Shown here piece after piece: positions 1 to 11,037 of a DNA stretch of 64,000 nucleotides. Numbering within the stretch: the first letter of the stretch is position 1; each line of letters opens with the position of its first letter. Source of the stretch: Thecamonas trahens ATCC 50062 (Eukaryota > Protista > Apusomonadida); assembly GCF_000142905.1 (NCBI RefSeq), contig NW_013657641.1, positions 192,907-256,906 on the forward strand, written 5' to 3'. The position numbers and the translations under genes were made by a program. Below the pieces are notes generated by a model, which worked only from the letters and a program-made list of their open reading frames with translations, had not been told where the DNA came from and did no database searches.

Positions 1-172
1 CCACTTTGAGGCCTCACGCGCCGCGCTTCTCGGCGCTGGCACATCGATGGCCGGCGTCCTCCGCGACCTCGATCGTGAGCGTGAGCAGGCTGCCCGCGGG
101 GAGAAGCTCGCCCGGTTTAAGTTGCGCAAGTGGGGAGAGTGAGCACGCGCTGAGCTCTGCGTTGGCCAGAAG

Positions 173-255
173 CTACGAGTGCTTGGCGCGTTTGCTGGCC
201 GGTGCCTCCGAGCCGTCGGCTCCGCGCTTGCGGGTCGTGGCCTCGCTGTTGTCAC

Positions 256-291
<36 letters not shown>

Positions 292-1692
292 ACTCGTACT
301 CGTACTCGTCGTTGCTCGCCGATGAGAGCTCCTCCCACAGTGCATTGTCGGTGATCCGGTTCCCGTGCTCGTCGCGCAGCGTGCTGTCGATGGCCTCGAC
401 GGTCTTGGCGGCGTCGTTCTCGTCGTCGTCGTAGTAGTACTCGTACTCGTCATCGCTGCCGGCAGCGCCTTCGGCCGCACCCGCCCGCGACGGCTTGCTT
501 CCGTCGTCGGCGTCGGTTTCGTTGGGCGCACAATGCCCTCGGGCGAGAAGAGGATGGCCGCAATCTTGGACTTGTGGTAAATCTTGAGGATGGTCTTCCG
601 TGAGCGGAGGTCGTGAACGTGCAGATGACGGTCGAGGCCGCCCGAGGCGACTAGCGGCAGGCCGCCCTTGTGGCTGTCAATGCTCCGCACCGACGCCGAC
701 AGCCCGCGAAGCTTGCCGTACATCCGCCGCGCCGACGCCTCGGTGTCGAGCTTGAACAGGTTGCCGGTCTTGTCGCCGACAAGCACAATCCACGACGCGC
801 CACCGACGGCAGTACACGTGCTGAGCGACTCGGGGAAGGTCTCAGTCCACACCGGACGCCGATCCTCGGCTGCCAGATCGTACACCCGCGTCCAGCCGTA
901 CGACGACGACGCCACGAGCATCGTCGGGTCGCGCGGGAGCCAAGCAATGCCGGTCACCCACACTCCGGGCTTGATCCGCGTCCGCGGGTCCTTGGGCATG
1001 TTCTGTGCAATCCACACCGTCTCGCCCGTCGCAAGATCCGTCACCCGCACGTCGTTCTTCTGCCCGCCGGTCGCGATCCGCATCACGCCCTCCTCTGGCG
1101 ACATCACCGCCGCGCCCACAGGCCCGCGCACCTTGGCCACGGACGCAAACCGAGTCGTCGGGTCCGGCCGGCCCAGCACCCGCACGCCTGCCAACATAAC
1201 ATACTCATCGGCGTCGTCATCGGCGTCGTTGGAGGTCTTGCCTTTGCCCTTGCCCTTGCCCTTGCCCTTGCCCTTGCCCTTGCCGCTGCCCTTGCCGCTG
1301 CCCTTGCCTGCATCCGCCTCTGCGCAGTGCAGCCCGTCCGGCGACAGATCCATGACCCCGATGCGGCCCTCGGTGGAAACGACCAGAACCAGGCCGTCCT
1401 CGGACAGCTTTGAGCAGAAGATGGGCTTCTCGGTCGGAGTGGTGGCCTGCCACTGGCGCTGGACCAAGACGGCAGGCTTCTCGCCCGAGACCGCCACCAC
1501 CGAAATCGTCCCGTCTGCCGTGCCCGCCACCACAGAGTCCGGCACCGTGCTGTCGTTAGAGAGCTGCGGACCCCATCCGAGACAGACCACCGGCGACCGC
1601 GAGCCGGTCACCGCCACATACCCGAGCGCCTTCTTGCTCTCCAGCTGGAGGACCTTGACCACCCCCGTAGTTGATCCTGTCACAACACGCAT
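173..1692 (-). CDS. WDR74: WD40 ribosome biogenesis factor WDR74/Nsa1 (apparent 1-nt frameshift near 524-526)
   Basis: Hand translation from ATG 1692: MRVVTGSTTGVVKV..IATGGQKNDVRV..VWIAQNMPKD..LVASGGLDRHLHVHDL..KIYHKSKI, typical of Nsa1/WDR74. The acidic/basic tail (DDEYEYYYDDD..DNALWEEL..KRAKHS*) is in the -1 frame, ending at TAG 173-175. Not shown in the ORF track. Confidence 0.85.
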
Positions 1693-2021
1693 GCTCTTGG
1701 CTACCTTGTTCTGTCCACGTGCAAGTCACAAACTCCTCGGCCCCAAGACGTGTGCTGGCTCCCCTCTCCGCCGACCCCCTTGCCGCCCGTCGCCCCGTCG
1801 TGCCTTGCCAGGATGGGGAGGAGGATGGATGGCAGACTCGGTCGAACCAACCCTCGACTCGACTTGCCGCACGAGCCGACCTGACCTGGCCAGCTCCAAC
1901 TCTCGATGACCAAAACATCCGCGTCATCACACACAACACGCTCTCGTCCTCCCGCTCTTGATTTTGTATGCACAGCATCGGTATATGTTCATATCCCAAA
2001 TCTAGCAGACATCGCGGTAGC

Positions 2022-5000
2022 CTACTGGACTACACAGCATCCTCCCTCGTCCTTCTCGGCCTCGCCATCGTGGGCTCCCTCGCCACCGGCAGACGCTTGA
2101 GCTTCGCCGCCGACGCCGCTGGCCTGCTCGGCGGCCTGCTCTTCTTCCACAGTCACGTCGGCGAGTTTGGTCGAACCTGACTGGGCACCGTCGCTGGACG
2201 AGCTGCTCGAAGAGCCGGTCTTGTCAGACGAGTCGGACGACGACGACGACGACGATGCGTCAAGAGCGACAACGCCGTCGCCGTCGCGGTTGGAGCACTC
2301 CGATCCCGACGTCGACGACGCCGATGCGAGCGTCGGTGGGACGGCAGCAAGAGGCGAGGTTGGATGGTGGCGTAGTGAACCCGCGGCCGAGCTTGCGGCC
2401 GACGACGGCGCAGCGGCGAGCTCGTCGTTTGCCGACTCAAAACCCTCGTCGGTCGAGTCCATGCCGTCGGTCCCGAAAAGGGCGTCGTTGTCGTGGAGTG
2501 AGAAGCGGAACTCGTCGAGAGTGGTGAACGAGTTGAAGTCGTCCGAGTCTGCCCACTCCATCGATGACGAGAGCAGAAAGGCAGGCGTCGAGGTGCCCGA
2601 GAACGACGAGTTCAACCGCTCTTTGTCCTGCAGGAACTCGGAGAACGTCCGCTTAAGTGTGCTGTACTTGGTCCGCCTGCGCTTGCGCGTCGACCCGCCT
2701 CCCGACGACGTCATCTCGGCGTCGAGCTCGTCGTGGAACCGCAGCTCGTCGAGCGTCGTCGACGACCGCGTCGCGTCGTCCGGCATCGTCGACGACTTGA
2801 CAGCCTCGATGGTGGTATCGACCTGCCCCATCAGATCTTCCAGCGATGCGTCCTCCTTGTAGTCAATGCAGAGCAAGTTGAGCGCCTGCAGCGCGTAACG
2901 CCGCGCCCGCGCGAGGTGCCCGATCTGCAGCGACGCCATCGATGCCACCCGGAGAAGCAGGACTTTGACTGTGGCCACCAGCGCTGGATCGTTGACCATC
3001 GCGCTCGCGTCGCCGTTGGGAGCCGCTGCACCAAAGCCGCCGCCATCATCATCTGCACCCGCCGCTTGGGCCTCGCCGCTCGCCCCGACCTCGTCGTCGC
3101 TCGATGATTCGTCCGCTGTCCGCGCCAGCTCGGTGTAGAGGCCGAGTGCGTCCTGGAGGTGGGCCAGCGCTCGGCGCGGGTTCGACTGGTCGAGGCACGC
3201 CATCGCCGCCTGCTCCAGGTAGCGGATGGCCTTGTTGACAACAACCGGCTGCGACGTGTCGGCATGTCGCCAGTGGTAGGCGAGGGCCTCAACAGCGACC
3301 GAGTCGGCTTCGGCCACACGCTCATAGTATTGCGCGATGGCAGCGTGGACAGCCTGCTGCTGCGAAGCGAGCATGAGCGAGTACACAACATCCTGCGTCA
3401 GCGCGGTCTTGAACTGGTACGCACCGGTCAGGTCGTGAAAGGTAAGGAACGAGAGCGCAGTCAGCCGCTCGAGGCCGTCTTCGAGCTCGGCGACCGACGG
3501 CGAGTTGGCGCCCGGCACCGCGGCGTCCAGAATGGTGAACACGTTGTGGAGGACCGTGGCGGTGAGGTTGGAGCCCATAGCGGCAGCCACCTTGAGAAGG
3601 CGCAAGTGCGCTGGCTTAAGCTTGTCGATGCGCGAGGTGATGACGCCGCGGAGCGCCTGAGGCAGCGACACACCTGCCGTGTCGAGCGAGAGCGACTCTT
3701 CGTCGACCACCACAATCGACTCGCCGTCAGCCGACCGCGCGAGGACGCCAGACTCAAGCAGCGCCGTCCCGAGCTCCTGGGCAAAGAACGGGTTGCCGCC
3801 GCACTTGCCGATGACAAGATCAATGACGGCCTCGGGCAGGTGCTTGACGCCCAGCCGCGATGAGACGAGCTTGGCGATCGCGCTCTGCGAGAGGGCCTTG
3901 AGCGGAATGATCTCGGTCGACTCGAGGCTGGTTAGGATCTTGAACTCGGGCGGCGGGTCGTCGGCGCCGGACGAGAGCGGAGTAGCCGAGACAAAGGCGC
4001 CGAGCTTGAGCGAGTGGTGCGCCGACCGCTTCATGATGGCGTTGAATAGAAGCCGCGACGGCGGGTCAAACAGCTGGTAGTCCTGCAGGATAAGAATGGC
4101 TGCCTTAGAGCGGGCTCGGCAGAGGATCTCAAACATGTGCGGGAGGACCTGAAGCGAGGCATCGACACGCTCTTTGTCGCTCAGCGACGCGTAGTTCTCC
4201 GGCTCATCAAAGGCAATTGGGTCGACGACCGGGTTGAGCAGTGGAATGGCGTCGTAGAGCTCCTCGGGAAGCAATTTGTGCAGTGTGGCCAGCGCAGCCT
4301 GCCGCAGTAGGGCAATGGTCACCGGGTCGCTCTCGCGCTCACGCGGGAGGCGAAGGAGCTTGCGGAAGACCGGAGCCCATGGGTGGAAGAGCGTTTTGAT
4401 GGCCATCGAGTCGCCGCGCCCAGCGTAGACCATGAACCGCGACTTGGATGCCACTCGGTTGCCCTCTTCCAGCACCCGCGACTTGCCAATCCCGCGCTCG
4501 CCCTCAAACATGAGCACAGGCCCGGGCTTGTTGCTGTAGTCGCCGCGCTTGAGCGACGAAAGCACGGCCGAGATGAGCGACGACTCTTTGTGGCGACCAA
4601 CAAGGGGGCATGCCTTGGTCCGCTTCATGGTCTCGAGCGAGCGGACAAGCTTGTTGGGTCGGCGCGACTTGATGATTCGCAGCCGCTTTCGCGACGGCTG
4701 GAAGACTCGCAAGACGCCAGCCTTGCCCTTGAACGTCCGCGGCGCCATTTCGTCAAACTGCATCGACTCGGGCGGGCACTCGGCGGTGGTCGGCTCGTCG
4801 CAAAAGACGCCGCCGGCGGCAGACGCCATGTACCGCGCCGCCGTGTTGACCACGTCGCCCATCATGGTGTACTCGCGGCGCGAGGCCGAGCCCACAATGC
4901 CGCAAAAGACGGTGCCGGTCGTAATTCCGATGTCGCATTCGATGCCCTGCAGCTTGATCTTGGCCTGGACCCGGAGGCCCGAGAGCACCGCACGCAGCGC

Positions 5001-6053
5001 GTCGTCCTCGTGTGAGAGCGGCGGGAGGCCAAAGCCGGCGAGAATGAGAAAGCCCTTGTCGTCGAGCAGAATCTTGTTGATCGAGCCCTCGTACTTGTAC
5101 ACAGCCTCTTGGACTGCAAGCACCGTAGCATGGACCTCGGGCAGGCACGAGCCGACCGACATGTCGATGCCGCGGACGTGAATAAACATGACCGATGCCT
5201 TGCGCGAGCCGCCGAGCCACATCTGCTGGTTCTCGGCAACGGCTGCCTTGATGGAACCCGGCACAAACCGGAGCAGCAGCGCCATGCCGGCTTCGTTGAG
5301 CTCTTCGATCGAGTGCGTGTGCGCAGCCACAGGCTCGACGCCTTCAAGCACCTCGCGCGCCCGCATGAGCCCACCCTCGGGCATCGCGCTCGCGTCGTCG
5401 CCAGCGGTCACTGGCTCGCCGACCACCTCGCCTTTCACCGAAACCACGTCGGCGACCACCGAGCCTGGTGGGAGCAGCGCCCACGCCTCGGGCGAGAGGA
5501 CCGAGAACTTGGGTGACGCAGCAGGCACCGCATCCGAGAGCTGCAGCAGCGGCGGGCCGCAGAGAATGCACTCGGACCGGTTGAACGTACCACCGACCTG
5601 GAGCAGAAAGAGATCGCCGGCAGAAATGCCCATGTGTAGATACGGCATGTCCTCGTCGTCTACATTCATGTGCTCCTCAATCGCCAGCGAGGCTTGGACC
5701 GCGCGCAGGACGGTGAGCGCAGGCGACTCGCCGTCGCGCTGCGGCCAGCACGCCAAAAGCGCGTCGCCGGCAAACTTGATCACATCGCCGCCATGCCCAC
5801 GGACCAGCGACAGCAGCCGCGAAAAGTAGTCGTTGAGAAAGTCGACCAGCCGCTCTGCGCCCTCGCCCTCTTTCTTGGACGGAGCCGCCGCCAGTCGCTC
5901 GGAGAGCTTGGTAAAGCCCGAGACATCGCAGAAGACCACGGCGCCCCAAAAGGCCTCAAACTTGGGCTTCCACTCGCCGCCCTCACCCTTCACCTGTTCC
6001 TTGAGACAATCGCTCACAATAAGGTCCGGCACATACGCCAGAATGTCCGCCAT
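2022..6053 (-). CDS. Soluble-type (ADCY10/sAC-like) adenylyl cyclase with two class III catalytic domains, P-loop NTPase and helical repeats; C-terminal CaaX
   Basis: Motifs VVFCDVSGFT, DVIKFAGDAL, GSINKILLDDKG, REYTMMGDVVNTAAR, Walker A GERGIGKS, GGNPFFAQEL; likely start MADILAYVP at 6053; ends GGCCVVQ. Confidence 0.9.
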   Translation of the reverse strand: MADILAYVPDLIVSDCLKEQVKGEGGEWKPKFEAFWGAVVFCDVSGFTKLSERLAAAPSKKEGEGAERLVDFLNDYFSRLLSLVRGHGGDVIKFAGDALLACWPQRDGESPALTVLRAVQASLAIEEHMNVDDEDMPYLHMGISAGDLFLLQVGGTFNRSECILCGPPLLQLSDAVPAASPKFSVLSPEAWALLPPGSVVADVVSVKGEVVGEPVTAGDDASAMPEGGLMRAREVLEGVEPVAAHTHSIEELNEAGMALLLRFVPGSIKAAVAENQQMWLGGSRKASVMFIHVRGIDMSVGSCLPEVHATVLAVQEAVYKYEGSINKILLDDKGFLILAGFGLPPLSHEDDALRAVLSGLRVQAKIKLQGIECDIGITTGTVFCGIVGSASRREYTMMGDVVNTAARYMASAAGGVFCDEPTTAECPPESMQFDEMAPRTFKGKAGVLRVFQPSRKRLRIIKSRRPNKLVRSLETMKRTKACPLVGRHKESSLISAVLSSLKRGDYSNKPGPVLMFEGERGIGKSRVLEEGNRVASKSRFMVYAGRGDSMAIKTLFHPWAPVFRKLLRLPRERESDPVTIALLRQAALATLHKLLPEELYDAIPLLNPVVDPIAFDEPENYASLSDKERVDASLQVLPHMFEILCRARSKAAILILQDYQLFDPPSRLLFNAIMKRSAHHSLKLGAFVSATPLSSGADDPPPEFKILTSLESTEIIPLKALSQSAIAKLVSSRLGVKHLPEAVIDLVIGKCGGNPFFAQELGTALLESGVLARSADGESIVVVDEESLSLDTAGVSLPQALRGVITSRIDKLKPAHLRLLKVAAAMGSNLTATVLHNVFTILDAAVPGANSPSVAELEDGLERLTALSFLTFHDLTGAYQFKTALTQDVVYSLMLASQQQAVHAAIAQYYERVAEADSVAVEALAYHWRHADTSQPVVVNKAIRYLEQAAMACLDQSNPRRALAHLQDALGLYTELARTADESSSDDEVGASGEAQAAGADDDGGGFGAAAPNGDASAMVNDPALVATVKVLLLRVASMASLQIGHLARARRYALQALNLLCIDYKEDASLEDLMGQVDTTIEAVKSSTMPDDATRSSTTLDELRFHDELDAEMTSSGGGSTRKRRRTKYSTLKRTFSEFLQDKERLNSSFSGTSTPAFLLSSSMEWADSDDFNSFTTLDEFRFSLHDNDALFGTDGMDSTDEGFESANDELAAAPSSAASSAAGSLRHHPTSPLAAVPPTLASASSTSGSECSNRDGDGVVALDASSSSSSSDSSDKTGSSSSSSSDGAQSGSTKLADVTVEEEQAAEQASGVGGEAQASAGGEGAHDGEAEKDEGGCCVVQ

Positions 6054-6159
6054 ACCTCTGCTGTCCTCGCTTCTCGCACGCCTGCCTGCAACCAACGGGC
6101 ACCGCCAACACGCTCCGGAATGTGCGGAGGGGGGAGGGGGGGGGGGGGGGGTACGTGGG

Positions 6160-6514
6160 NNNNNNNNNNNNNNNNNNNNNNNNNNNNNNNNNNNNNNNNN
6201 NNNNNNNNNNNNNNNNNNNNNNNNNNNNNNNNNNNNNNNNNNNNNNNNNNNNNNNNNNNNNNNNNNNNNNNNNNNNNNNNNNNNNNNNNNNNNNNNNNNN
6301 NNNNNNNNNNNNNNNNNNNNNNNNNNNNNNNNNNNNNNNNNNNNNNNNNNNNNNNNNNNNNNNNNNNNNNNNNNNNNNNNNNNNNNNNNNNNNNNNNNNN
6401 NNNNNNNNNNNNNNNNNNNNNNNNNNNNNNNNNNNNNNNNNNNNNNNNNNNNNNNNNNNNNNNNNNNNNNNNNNNNNNNNNNNNNNNNNNNNNNNNNNNN
6501 NNNNNNNNNNNNNN
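6160..6514. other. Assembly gap (N run)
   Basis: 355 n characters flanked by G-rich tracts. Confidence 1.
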
Positions 6515-6673
6515 TTGGGGGGCAGACGGCAGGCAGGCGGGCGGCGACCGACCGGGCGAACGCGAGCCGACGGGCGGGCGGGTGACAGAGGCTGGCAATA
6601 GAAGAGCCGAGAGCGGGGAGGGGAGAAGGGGGGGCCCAGTTGAAACCACTCGTCTTATACAAGGAGCGCGAGG

Positions 6674-7303
6674 ATGGCCAGCAAGATTGTGCAGGATATG
6701 CCGCCGTCGGGTGGGTACAAGCCCATTCGCTACGCCCGGCGGCTGCCGGCGCGGCCCATCTCGTCGATGGCCATGTTTGGTCTCACTGCGGCGGTCACCC
6801 TGGGTGGCTTTGCGCTTGTTGCCAAGGGCAATGCTGAGCGCCGGTACGTGCCACCCAAAATGGGAGGGAGGGGGAGGGGGGAGGGGTTAAAGAGGGGCGA
6901 GGAGGGGGGGAAAGGAGGGAGGGGGGAGGAGCACAGGGAGGAGGCACAGCAGCGGCGGTGACGTTGGCGGCGGTGAGCAGGAATTTGTGGCTGTGGCGGA
7001 CGCGGCGGCGGCAGGCGGCGACAGACGGCAGGCGACTTACTGAACGAGGGCGATGGGGTTTGTTGATGATGACGGGGAGATAGTGCTGTGCAGGCTGAGA
7101 AGGACCGTGCTCGGATGGCTCTCGTTCCGCTGCTGCAGGCTGAGGAGGACCGGCGGTACGTGGCGCTCGACCTCGCACGGCGGGCAGAGGAGGAGGAGCT
7201 CATGGCCGGAGTCAAGAACTGGAACACCGACCTCGCTGCCATCTACCACACCCGCGACTGGATGCCGCCTGCAGGTGCCTCGCCGTTCCCTGCCCAGAAC
7301 TAA
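6674..7303 (+). CDS. NDUFA13: NADH dehydrogenase subunit NDUFA13/GRIM-19 (2 exons)
   Basis: QDMPPSGGYKPI..ERR / ARMALVPLLQAEEDRR signature; exons 6674-6843 and 7084-7303, intron GTACGT..TAG 6844-7083 restores the frame. Confidence 0.93.
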
Positions 7304-7318
7304 ACTACACTCGTGGCT

Positions 7319-8440
7319 CTACTGCTCTGCCACCCCGCCGCCGCCGTCATCGTTGTCGGCAGACGGGCCGGCGAGGAGCGCAAAGATCGCCTCTATCTCG
7401 TCCTGCCTTCGATAGCCCCGCACAAGCTCGGGAATGCCAAAGCCATGACGGTCTTGCGTGGTGGTGCTGGCTCCGGCTGCGACGAGGGTGCGAACGACGC
7501 CAAACGGGGCGACGTCGCGCTGAACTGCGACATGAAGCGCAGTCTGTCCGAACCGGCCCTCGACCTTGTCGACAAGCGCTGGCCGCAGCGCCTCAGGCGC
7601 GATACTCACAAGCCACCCCGCCGCCGCGTCAGCGGCGTAGAACGCAGCAACCATGAGTGGATACGTCATCGCTTGGGTGCGCCCGCGGTAGCCGTGATAC
7701 GCCCAGCCCGAGTTGATGACCGACGGGTAGGCGTGATGGAGGGCGGCAAGCGCAGACGGCGCGTTGGCAGCCACTGCAGCAAGGCCTAGAGCCGCAGGGA
7801 TGTAAGTGGCAGCGTGTGGAACGGCAGAGCGGACCCGCGCGATTGCGTGCTTGGCAACAAGCAGGATGAGCCCATCGGCGTCGGCGCCGAGGGCGAGGGT
7901 TAGCGCAGCGCGACGCGCCATCTGCAGCTCGTGCTCGAGCATCAGATACACGTTGCCGTGGCGCGCCTCAACAGCCTCGATTGCGGCGGCGAGGCGGACG
8001 CATCCTTCGGCAATGGCAGCATCCAGATGATCTGCACGGGCCGGCCACAGGTTGGAGCACACAGGGCCAACGGCGCCGAGGACACCGCGGACAACCGGCA
8101 GGGCGAGGTGCGGCCGGGCAAGTGTGAGCGCAAGCTCTGCCGTCGACGCTGCCGCCACCTCACGTGGAAGCAGGAGCTCTGACTCGGGATCGTTGGCCAG
8201 GCGCAAGGCAGCGCTCGCCAGAGACTGGATGATGGACACAGCCCGCGCCGGATCAGCCCAGTCACGAGCGAGCCAAGCGTCGAGGACCGGGCGGGCGGTG
8301 AGCGGCGAGGCGGCTACGGCGCGAAAGGCGGTGCAGACGGCGGAAAAGGCTGAGAGCTCGACCACGTCGAGCCACGACGCTATTTCTCCCAGCAGCTCGG
8401 CAGGCAGGTCCTGCATGGCCACGCTGCGTGCGCTGGACAT
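7319..8440 (-). CDS. F-box protein with C-terminal ankyrin repeats
   Basis: F-box MQDLPAELLGEIASWLDVVELSAFSAVC; ankyrin motifs YPLMVAA, GQTALHVAVQ..LVAAGASTTTQDRHG. Start chosen at MSSARS (8440). Confidence 0.75.
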   Translation of the reverse strand: MSSARSVAMQDLPAELLGEIASWLDVVELSAFSAVCTAFRAVAASPLTARPVLDAWLARDWADPARAVSIIQSLASAALRLANDPESELLLPREVAAASTAELALTLARPHLALPVVRGVLGAVGPVCSNLWPARADHLDAAIAEGCVRLAAAIEAVEARHGNVYLMLEHELQMARRAALTLALGADADGLILLVAKHAIARVRSAVPHAATYIPAALGLAAVAANAPSALAALHHAYPSVINSGWAYHGYRGRTQAMTYPLMVAAFYAADAAAGWLVSIAPEALRPALVDKVEGRFGQTALHVAVQRDVAPFGVVRTLVAAGASTTTQDRHGFGIPELVRGYRRQDEIEAIFALLAGPSADNDDGGGGVAEQ

Positions 8441-8558
8441 GGCAGAAGTGAGCTGCCTCGCTCGAGGCGGACGGAAGAGGAAATGGAAGGTTCTTTCTTT
8501 GCGCCGTGGCTGGTCGGACATGATGAGCGCGGGACAACGGCGGCAGCCCAGGCTCCGA

Positions 8559-9548
8559 CTACAGGTACAGAAACTCGGGATAGTTGGTCCGCTCGTCAAA
8601 GGCGTCCTCGAGCGGCCAATCAAAGTCGGCCCATGCCGATCGGGCGGCGAGCGGGAAGATGCGCTCGAGCTGCCAGGCGTTCATGGCCGACGGCGCAAAG
8701 ATGCGCGGGCCGAAGCACTTTGTCCGCTTGGGTGGCCAGCCGCCGAGAAAGCCATCAGGATGGGTGATGCCGGCACAGGCCGGTGCTTCGACAGCGCGGA
8801 ACGAGGCGCTGAACCTGCGGAGCTCGGGCGTGGCCTTGTGCTTGGCAATGGCGTTAAAGGCGGCGTCGTCAAAGCTGGCGCGGAGATCGAGGAGGTCCAG
8901 GATCCAGCCGCCGAGCTCGGCCTTGTCGTCAGCGTCGAGGTCGAGATGGGCGGCGCCGGGAACAACAAAGCCCGCAAGCTCGGCTGTGGTCATGTGCTTG
9001 GCGCGGGTGGCGAGATCGCAGCCCATGTGGACGTACGGGACTGACTGGACGCCGCGGATGACGATGGCGGCCCGGAAGGCGCCCTGCGCAATCGGCGTCC
9101 GGCAGTAGAAGCATGACGACCGGCCGGTCGTCGCCCGAGCGTACGGGCACGGCCGGTCGTCCTCAAAGAACCGGCCGACCTTGAACCGCCACAGGAAGTA
9201 CCGCCGCCACCCGCCCGCCACCCCGTCGACTTTGGTCCGGACCTCGGCCAGCGGCGTCGCCGGCAAGTGCTTGGCAAACAGCTTGCGCCAGAGAAACTCA
9301 TCGCCCACCGCCGCCGCCCAAGCCTTGCTCACCAACTGCGCTGCGAGCACATCGTCGACGTCGAGCTGGTAGAGGATGAGCAGGACGAGCTCGTGCGGGA
9401 GGGCGCGGACAAGATCAACTTTGGCCTCCTCCGCTCCGCTGCCCTTCTCGGTCTTTGCACCCTTGCCGCTCCCCCTCTGTGTCTTGCTCCGCCTGCCCCT
9501 CGTCGCCATCGCCGCCACTCGCTTGCTTCCCACGCCCGAGCCAGCCAT
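8559..9548 (-). CDS. F-box protein with PARP-type zinc finger
   Basis: F-box LPHELVLLILYQLDVDDVLAAQLVSKAW..DEFLWR; then YARATTGRSSCFYCRTPIAQGAFR..YVHMGC matching the CxxC..HxxC zf-PARP pattern. Confidence 0.75.
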   Translation of the reverse strand: MAGSGVGSKRVAAMATRGRRSKTQRGSGKGAKTEKGSGAEEAKVDLVRALPHELVLLILYQLDVDDVLAAQLVSKAWAAAVGDEFLWRKLFAKHLPATPLAEVRTKVDGVAGGWRRYFLWRFKVGRFFEDDRPCPYARATTGRSSCFYCRTPIAQGAFRAAIVIRGVQSVPYVHMGCDLATRAKHMTTAELAGFVVPGAAHLDLDADDKAELGGWILDLLDLRASFDDAAFNAIAKHKATPELRRFSASFRAVEAPACAGITHPDGFLGGWPPKRTKCFGPRIFAPSAMNAWQLERIFPLAARSAWADFDWPLEDAFDERTNYPEFLYL

Positions 9549-10224
9549 GGTTACGAGCAGTGGCTTGACGTTTTGTAGATTCTTTGGTTGACCTCCAGAA
9601 AATGGCCGCGGCGAAGTTGCTGCGGCGAACTTCGCCAGCGCGAATTTTCACCCACTCGAAAATAGCCGCGCGTGCAGAGCGGGACATTGCCCGCCATCCT
9701 GGCAACGCCGACGCGGTAGTCTTCCACTCGGCTAGCTCGCCAACTTCTCTCGGCAATTTCACCCCCGTTCCTCCCTACACACGACGTTCTAGTTCTCGAC
9801 TAGCTGTGCACGTAGTTTTGACCTTTGAAGGATCAAACGCACACTCGGACGAGACCCTCTTCGCAAGCCCCAGTTTGTGTTGAGTACCCCCAGGACGTTC
9901 GAACCATCACACCGCCGATCGTAGCCGCACCCCTTTTTTTTGCCCTCCAACCGACGACCAGTAGCCCCTTCCTTGGGACTCTCTGATACTCGTACCCCCT
10001 GCGGAGACACAGCCTAACCTTGTGACCGTTGCACAAAGCGTTTGAGCCTTCTTCCGTCTTCCTCCGACGACTTTAGCAAGCACCAAGCCGTTGCTTCGAC
10101 CACCCACATTGTTCGCCTGGTGTGTTTTTTGGCCCGAAGCGACCCTTTTTGCCCCTGTCGCGCCCACTCCCCCCTCCGCACACACACACCGCCGCCGCAC
10201 ACGTCGAGACTCTGCACGTAGACC

Positions 10225-11037
10225 ATGACGAGTGTTGTGACGCCGATGAACCCCGCCAGCGAGAGCAACTCGTACGGTACCAACAAGCGCAAGCGGCGCC
10301 GCCAGAACGAGACCAAGGCGCACCGTTCTCAGGAAAAGAAGCGCCGTCAGCTGATCAACGGTTCGATTGTCCGGCTCAAGGAGCTTGTTCCGTACTGCGA
10401 GGGCAAGCGGACGACGATCATCAACGTGCTCTCTGCAACGGAGAAGTACGTGGCTGAGCTCAAGGATCGTGAGCAGGCGCTCCAGGACGAGGTCTTCCGC
10501 CTCCGCGCTGCTCTGGGCATGGGCTCATCGCTCGGACCGCTCGCGCCGCTCGACACGTCTGCGATTGCACCGATGCCGACCAAGATGCCGACACCGTCTG
10601 CCATGTCGTCGTCGACGTCTGCGTCGTCGTCGGGCTCGCGGTCGCTCTCGTCGGAGCCGATGGCCGTTCCTTCGGCCGTCCCGCACTACACACCGGCGCC
10701 GGCGATGCTCAACGGGTCGCCACCACTCGCGCTGGCCACGCCGATGGACCCCTCGCCGTACGCGCACCTCGCCACGCCGCCGGTGCTCTCGTCGGCGTTC
10801 TTTGGCAACTACGACAAGCCGCTCTCGGGCTCGCCGTCGCCGACCCAGCCGTTTGCCGCCGCCCACGCCCTCTCGCCCGCAGACATCCAGGCCGCGCTGG
10901 CCAAGACCGCCCTCCCGCCGCTGGACAGCCTCGCCTTTGTCCCGCCCACTCCGCCGCCGTCGCATGACTCGGCTGAGGCCCAAGCCTTCGACTTTCTCCA
11001 GTCTCAGGACACAATTTTGTTTCCTCCGCTGATCTGA
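10225..11037 (+). CDS. bHLH-leucine zipper transcription factor
   Basis: HRSQEKKRRQLINGSIVRLKELVP..VLSATEKYVAELKDREQALQDEVFRL; H-E-R basic residues of E-box-binding bHLHs; P/S-rich tail. Confidence 0.85.
   Translation: MTSVVTPMNPASESNSYGTNKRKRRRQNETKAHRSQEKKRRQLINGSIVRLKELVPYCEGKRTTIINVLSATEKYVAELKDREQALQDEVFRLRAALGMGSSLGPLAPLDTSAIAPMPTKMPTPSAMSSSTSASSSGSRSLSSEPMAVPSAVPHYTPAPAMLNGSPPLALATPMDPSPYAHLATPPVLSSAFFGNYDKPLSGSPSPTQPFAAAHALSPADIQAALAKTALPPLDSLAFVPPTPPPSHDSAEAQAFDFLQSQDTILFPPLI

Noticed and set aside
668-1909. Long antisense or alternative-frame ORFs (e.g. 668-1909 +, 60163-61503 +, 50060-51199 -)
   Set aside because: Shadow ORFs of real genes caused by high GC and stop-poor codon usage.
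6054-6662. ORF-track extension of the cyclase across the N gap
   Set aside because: Artefact of translating through N; similarity to cyclases starts at MADILAYVP.
9800-10222. Autoregulatory E-boxes upstream of the bHLH gene
   Set aside because: Only CACGTA/CACGTC variants are present, not CACGTG; too weak.
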